A stretch of DNA of 64,000 nt from contig CAWIPH010000002.1 in assembly GCA_963837955.1 (NCBI GenBank), positions 3,040,001-3,104,000 of the forward strand, in the 5' to 3' direction. Shown one piece after another: positions 60,998 through 64,000 of this stretch; within the stretch, counting starts at the first letter, position 1, and every line of letters starts with the position of its first letter. The notes beneath the pieces were generated by a model. The model worked only from the letters and a program-made list of their open reading frames with translations, ran no database searches and was not told the DNA's origin. The translations under genes were made by a program, and so were the position numbers. Origin of the DNA: an uncultured Verrucomicrobiae bacterium (GTDB taxonomy: Bacteria; Verrucomicrobiota; Verrucomicrobiia; Chthoniobacterales; JAFAMB01).

Positions 60998-61399
60998 ATG
61001 AAGAAAGCAATCATCACACTGGTTACGACCGCAGCGAGCTTTCTGGCTCCCTGCGTTTATTCTCAACAAGCGAACGACTCAACGGCTGGAGTTGGTCGTC
61101 ATCCGACGACAGTTAATGATCTAGCGTCTGATCCATCCACTTATTTAGGGCAAGTTTCGGTAGTTGGCGTCGTGGCGGCCATTAATAGTGGTCAAGGCTT
61201 TACTATCGTTGATAAGCGTGAATATGCAGCTTGTGGTCTTTCTTGTTTTAGCGAACCTGATACTCGAAAGATCCCGGTACGTTGGAACGGAGCTCCTCCG
61301 AAACTTGAGCAAACGGTTCGTATAACCGGAGTCCTCGAAAAATCGGATCGCGGGCTGGTCTTTTCTGCCCAGAACGTCTCGGAGGCTGCTAAGGAGTGA
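60998..61399 (+). CDS. Exported OB-fold-like protein with CxxxC
   Basis: Signal peptide; TVNDL..P..Y.GQVSV.GVV, ACGLSC, VRITGVL. Confidence 0.75.
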   Translation: MKKAIITLVTTAASFLAPCVYSQQANDSTAGVGRHPTTVNDLASDPSTYLGQVSVVGVVAAINSGQGFTIVDKREYAACGLSCFSEPDTRKIPVRWNGAPPKLEQTVRITGVLEKSDRGLVFSAQNVSEAAKE

Positions 61400-61902
61400 A
61401 AAGCCAGCAACAAGAAAGCATTCCGCATCTCAACCGGCTATTGGGGACAGCAGCCTTCGTCGCGGTCTTCGTTGGTCACGTACTTTATCTACGCTACCTG
61501 ACGAGCCCTTCGCAAAAGGATTGGGCGGACAATTTCAATCCTTGGGCCAATTTCTGGCAAAGCTATCTGTTCAGCCAAGACTATTTCGTAAGTTTTTCTT
61601 ATGCGCTGAGTGCCAGCTTTGCTGTGTGGGCTACCGCACGTTTTTTGTACTTCCGCCGACAGGCAGCGGCCGTCGGAGCGCTTGGTGGGGTTAGCCTCGT
61701 CGCGTTGCTTCCGGCAGCAGGATGCTTTCTGGTCGGTTGCTGCGGCTCGCCGATGCTACCGATCTATATTAGTCTTTTCGGCTCGAAAGCTGCTGGAATA
61801 GGCAAGCCGCTCATGGCCTTACTAACTCTAGCCTCGATTGGCGTGGGTTACCTTTACCTCCGGAGACGATCAGCGTGCAACTGCACTAATCCGGCCGGTT
61901 AG
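61396..61902 (+). CDS. Membrane protein with CxxxGCC and C-terminal CxC
   Basis: About 4 TMs, AGCFLVGCCGSP, ACNC; GTGA overlap with the previous stop. Confidence 0.75.
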   Translation: MKSQQQESIPHLNRLLGTAAFVAVFVGHVLYLRYLTSPSQKDWADNFNPWANFWQSYLFSQDYFVSFSYALSASFAVWATARFLYFRRQAAAVGALGGVSLVALLPAAGCFLVGCCGSPMLPIYISLFGSKAAGIGKPLMALLTLASIGVGYLYLRRRSACNCTNPAG

Positions 61903-61946
61903 TAGTGCATGTCTCACGGGACTCTGATTCAAACGGTGGGAGCAAA

Positions 61947-62168
61947 TCACTCAGCTGCGCAGCATGTGCGATTCTCTCCCTGCATTGGTGGACACTTCAC
62001 CGAACCGTAGGAGCAGAAGACGCAGCAATCACCCGGTTTGGGGCGTAGTAGCGTCTTACAACTGTTGCATTCGTAGAAGAATTGGCACGCGTCAGTCGGC
62101 ATCGTTTCGCGTTTAGCGAAACCGCAGACCGGGCACACGAGCACGGATTCAAGAAGAACGTTGCTCAT
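61947..62168 (-). CDS. GDCCVxC-motif small Cys-rich protein
   Basis: CPVCG, MPTDACQFFYEC, GDCCVFCSYGSVKCPP. Confidence 0.9.
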   Translation of the reverse strand: MSNVLLESVLVCPVCGFAKRETMPTDACQFFYECNSCKTLLRPKPGDCCVFCSYGSVKCPPMQGENRTCCAAE

Positions 62169-62176
62169 TACCGAAT

Positions 62177-62470
62177 TCAGTTGTGCAGAGTGGAAGGATA
62201 ACCTGCATCGGAAGTCGCTTTGCTAAGTGCAGCCGGGCTGGCTTTCTCCGGGTCAAAGGTAACACTGGCAGTTTTTTGGTCGAAATCCACCCTGGCGGTG
62301 GTCACGCCCGGCACTTTCTCGAGTGCTTTCTTAACAGTGATCGGACAAACCGCGCAGGTCATATTGTGCACGTCCAGAGTAATGGTTTGTAAGGTTCCAG
62401 CGAATAGGCTGAAAGGGAGGGCGACGCCGGCGGCGCTCAGCAGGACGAAACGGTTCATAAGCAATTTCAT
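62177..62470 (-). CDS. merP: Periplasmic mercury-binding protein
   Basis: Signal peptide, MTCAVCPITVKKAL, AGYPS. Confidence 0.92.
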   Translation of the reverse strand: MKLLMNRFVLLSAAGVALPFSLFAGTLQTITLDVHNMTCAVCPITVKKALEKVPGVTTARVDFDQKTASVTFDPEKASPAALSKATSDAGYPSTLHN

Positions 62471-62850
62471 AGCGAATAAAATAGAGGGGCGATCCAGGGT
62501 ACGGCGATCAGACCAAAAACTAGAACCGTAACGATCCAGAACGCTAAGCGCTGGCGTTTCAACGTGCGCGGATTGGCACAGGCCGATCCGGGTAGACAGA
62601 TTCGAGGTGCCAAATAGAGACTATAAAACGCGAAGGCAACAAACAGCAGCGTTAGTCCGATGAAAATTGGCCGATAAGGTTCGAGCGCAGTTAGAGAGCT
62701 GATCCAGGCCCCGCTTACCCCGAGCGTAAGCAAAACCAGCGGACCGAGGCAGCATAGTGATGCTCCAAGTGCCGCAAATATCCCAGCCACCAGGAAGGCG
62801 TAACCGCTTCGGGTAGCAGACTTCTTCAGTTCAGAAACTGATGGTTTCAT
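62467..62850 (-). CDS. merT: Mercuric ion transporter
   Basis: GASLCCLGPLVLL, LEPYRPIF, C.PG.AC. Confidence 0.92.
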   Translation of the reverse strand: MKPSVSELKKSATRSGYAFLVAGIFAALGASLCCLGPLVLLTLGVSGAWISSLTALEPYRPIFIGLTLLFVAFAFYSLYLAPRICLPGSACANPRTLKRQRLAFWIVTVLVFGLIAVPWIAPLFYSL

Positions 62851-63606
62851 TCAGCTTTGAGCAGGAGATTTTATCGCGCAGCAGTCTGGCGTAGCTGTTT
62901 TAGTTTTCGCTCCATCGTCGTCGTCGACTTGCGGGCGAATACCCTTTGCGAAGGCTTCCTGCAAGGCAACGACCCCCCTTTCGTCGAGACTCTCATGTGC
63001 GACTACCGACAGCTCTTCGGCGATCTGCTCTTTCTTACATCCTGGATCTGAATCGTTAAGGTTGCCAATGAATCGGCGCTCGAAAACGTTCGCCAAGCCG
63101 GTCTCCAAGGCTTTGGCTTTTTCTTCCGGCAACGCGATCTTCGTCTGAATCCGGCGAACCAGTCTTGCGGCAATAGTCCGGGCCTCCAGCTTACTGAGGC
63201 TGTCTACTTCAGCGCCGCGGTACCAGGCATTGCGGGAAACGAAACTCTGTAGTTCGGTCTCACGACCTTCGCCGTCCAATTCCCGAGCCGTTGCCCCATT
63301 CTTTTCCACGACGGATTGAACAGCTTTGTTCCGCGACTCTCGACTGGATCCCTCACTCCCGACAACGGCTAACACTGTTCCCGAGCCGTTCAGCCAGGCC
63401 TCCATGATGATGGGCTCACCCTCCAATTCCAGCAAAATTGGCTTGGAACGGCTGCCGCAACCGATCGCCGGCGCTGCCTCACATCTCAACGGCACTTCGA
63501 ATAGACTGATGCGGTCTGCCTCGACCGCGATTTTGGTCCCTTCGCCGAAAACCGACGAGACGCCCAGCAAACTTACCAGCGCCGTTGTTACTATCGTTTG
63601 TTTCAT
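62851..63606 (-). CDS. Exported protein with Cys motifs; first gene of the mer-type operon
   Basis: Signal peptide from ATG 63606, VPLRCEAAPAIGCG, C-terminal DCC. Confidence 0.75.
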   Translation of the reverse strand: MKQTIVTTALVSLLGVSSVFGEGTKIAVEADRISLFEVPLRCEAAPAIGCGSRSKPILLELEGEPIIMEAWLNGSGTVLAVVGSEGSSRESRNKAVQSVVEKNGATARELDGEGRETELQSFVSRNAWYRGAEVDSLSKLEARTIAARLVRRIQTKIALPEEKAKALETGLANVFERRFIGNLNDSDPGCKKEQIAEELSVVAHESLDERGVVALQEAFAKGIRPQVDDDDGAKTKTATPDCCAIKSPAQS

Positions 63607-63628
63607 AGGATGAATTTGTCGATGACCC

Positions 63629-63660
63629 ATGCTACGCTCCGTACTCGGGTACGGTGTCAA
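63629..63660 (-). promoter_or_regulatory. mer operator/promoter
   Basis: Minus strand TTGACA-CCGTAC-CCGA-GTACGG-AGCG-TAGCAT: mer dyad in a 20-bp spacer. Confidence 0.9.
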
Positions 63661-64000
63661 CGGCTATTTGATTCAGTGAGCGATTCGATGACCGGACACG
63701 GCTGATAGCCTTTACGTTTTGCGCATTGTTCGAGAGTCTTAGTCAGGACTGACTCGATCCGTTGAAGCTGGCCGAGTTTTTCCTGAACCAAGTTCAGCTT
63801 TTCCGCCGCAAGTTTTTGAACCTGCTCGCAATCGGCACTCGAGAGCTCCAGCAGCGCGCGGATATCGTCAAGCGAGAATCCTAGCTGCTGAGCACGACGG
63901 ATGAAACGCACTCTTTGCAAATCTTCAGCGCCGTAGGAGCGTGTCCCTCCATAAGGCTTCTGCGGAAGCTCGAGCAGCCCGATCCGCTGATAGTATCGGA
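63657..64000 (-). CDS. merR: Hg(II)-type MerR regulator, 5' end outside the window
   Basis: IRYYQRIGLL..RVRFIRRAQQLGFSL; three Cys (ADC, QC, CPVI) in the Hg-MerR pattern. Confidence 0.9.
   Translation of the reverse strand, partial: RYYQRIGLLELPQKPYGGTRSYGAEDLQRVRFIRRAQQLGFSLDDIRALLELSSADCEQVQKLAAEKLNLVQEKLGQLQRIESVLTKTLEQCAKRKGYQPCPVIESLTESNSR

Noticed and set aside
61947..62168. Selenoprotein recoding in the GDCCVxC gene
   Set aside because: All motif positions are Cys codons and there is no internal TGA.
63607..63660. TTG start at 63660 for the 269-aa ORF
   Set aside because: That stretch is the mer promoter/operator; the signal peptide begins at ATG 63606.
1..64000. tRNA, rRNA, prophage or integrase
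   Set aside because: None recognised by eye; a covariance-model scan would be needed to exclude small RNAs.

Overview
Bacterial chromosomal window. Gene content and repeat style suggest a soil Verrucomicrobia-like genome, but that is inference only. Most of it is housekeeping and metabolism: fsr-type MFS, SorC-family regulator with glpFKD, Na+/H+ antiporter, MscS, argG, thiL-tsaE-tsaB, dtd, glycogen phosphorylase, a FabF-like mini-cluster, acyl-CoA dehydrogenases with FadF and etfAB, phospholipase C and yebC. The intergenic DNA is dense with REP-like palindromes, and three kinds of mobile element sit inside them. (1) Two near-identical IS1182-family copies lie at the centre of GTCCC..GGGAC hairpins with no matching target duplication. 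(2) An IS110/IS1111-type element is inserted at the REP GTAG motif; its 3' non-coding end carries a readable bridge-RNA target loop (TACTGGGCT..GTAG) that matches its own insertion site. (3) A 505-bp MITE-like element. The best candidate for an undescribed system is the metal-resistance island at 59.3-64 kb. There an ArsR-controlled operon encodes a Cys-rich protein with an MtrA-type corrinoid domain and a DUF4346-like domain, plus two Cys-motif envelope proteins. It converges on a merR-orf-merT-merP-GDCCVxC operon that has a canonical mer operator but no merA or merB. All calls come from reading motifs by eye; no searches were run.
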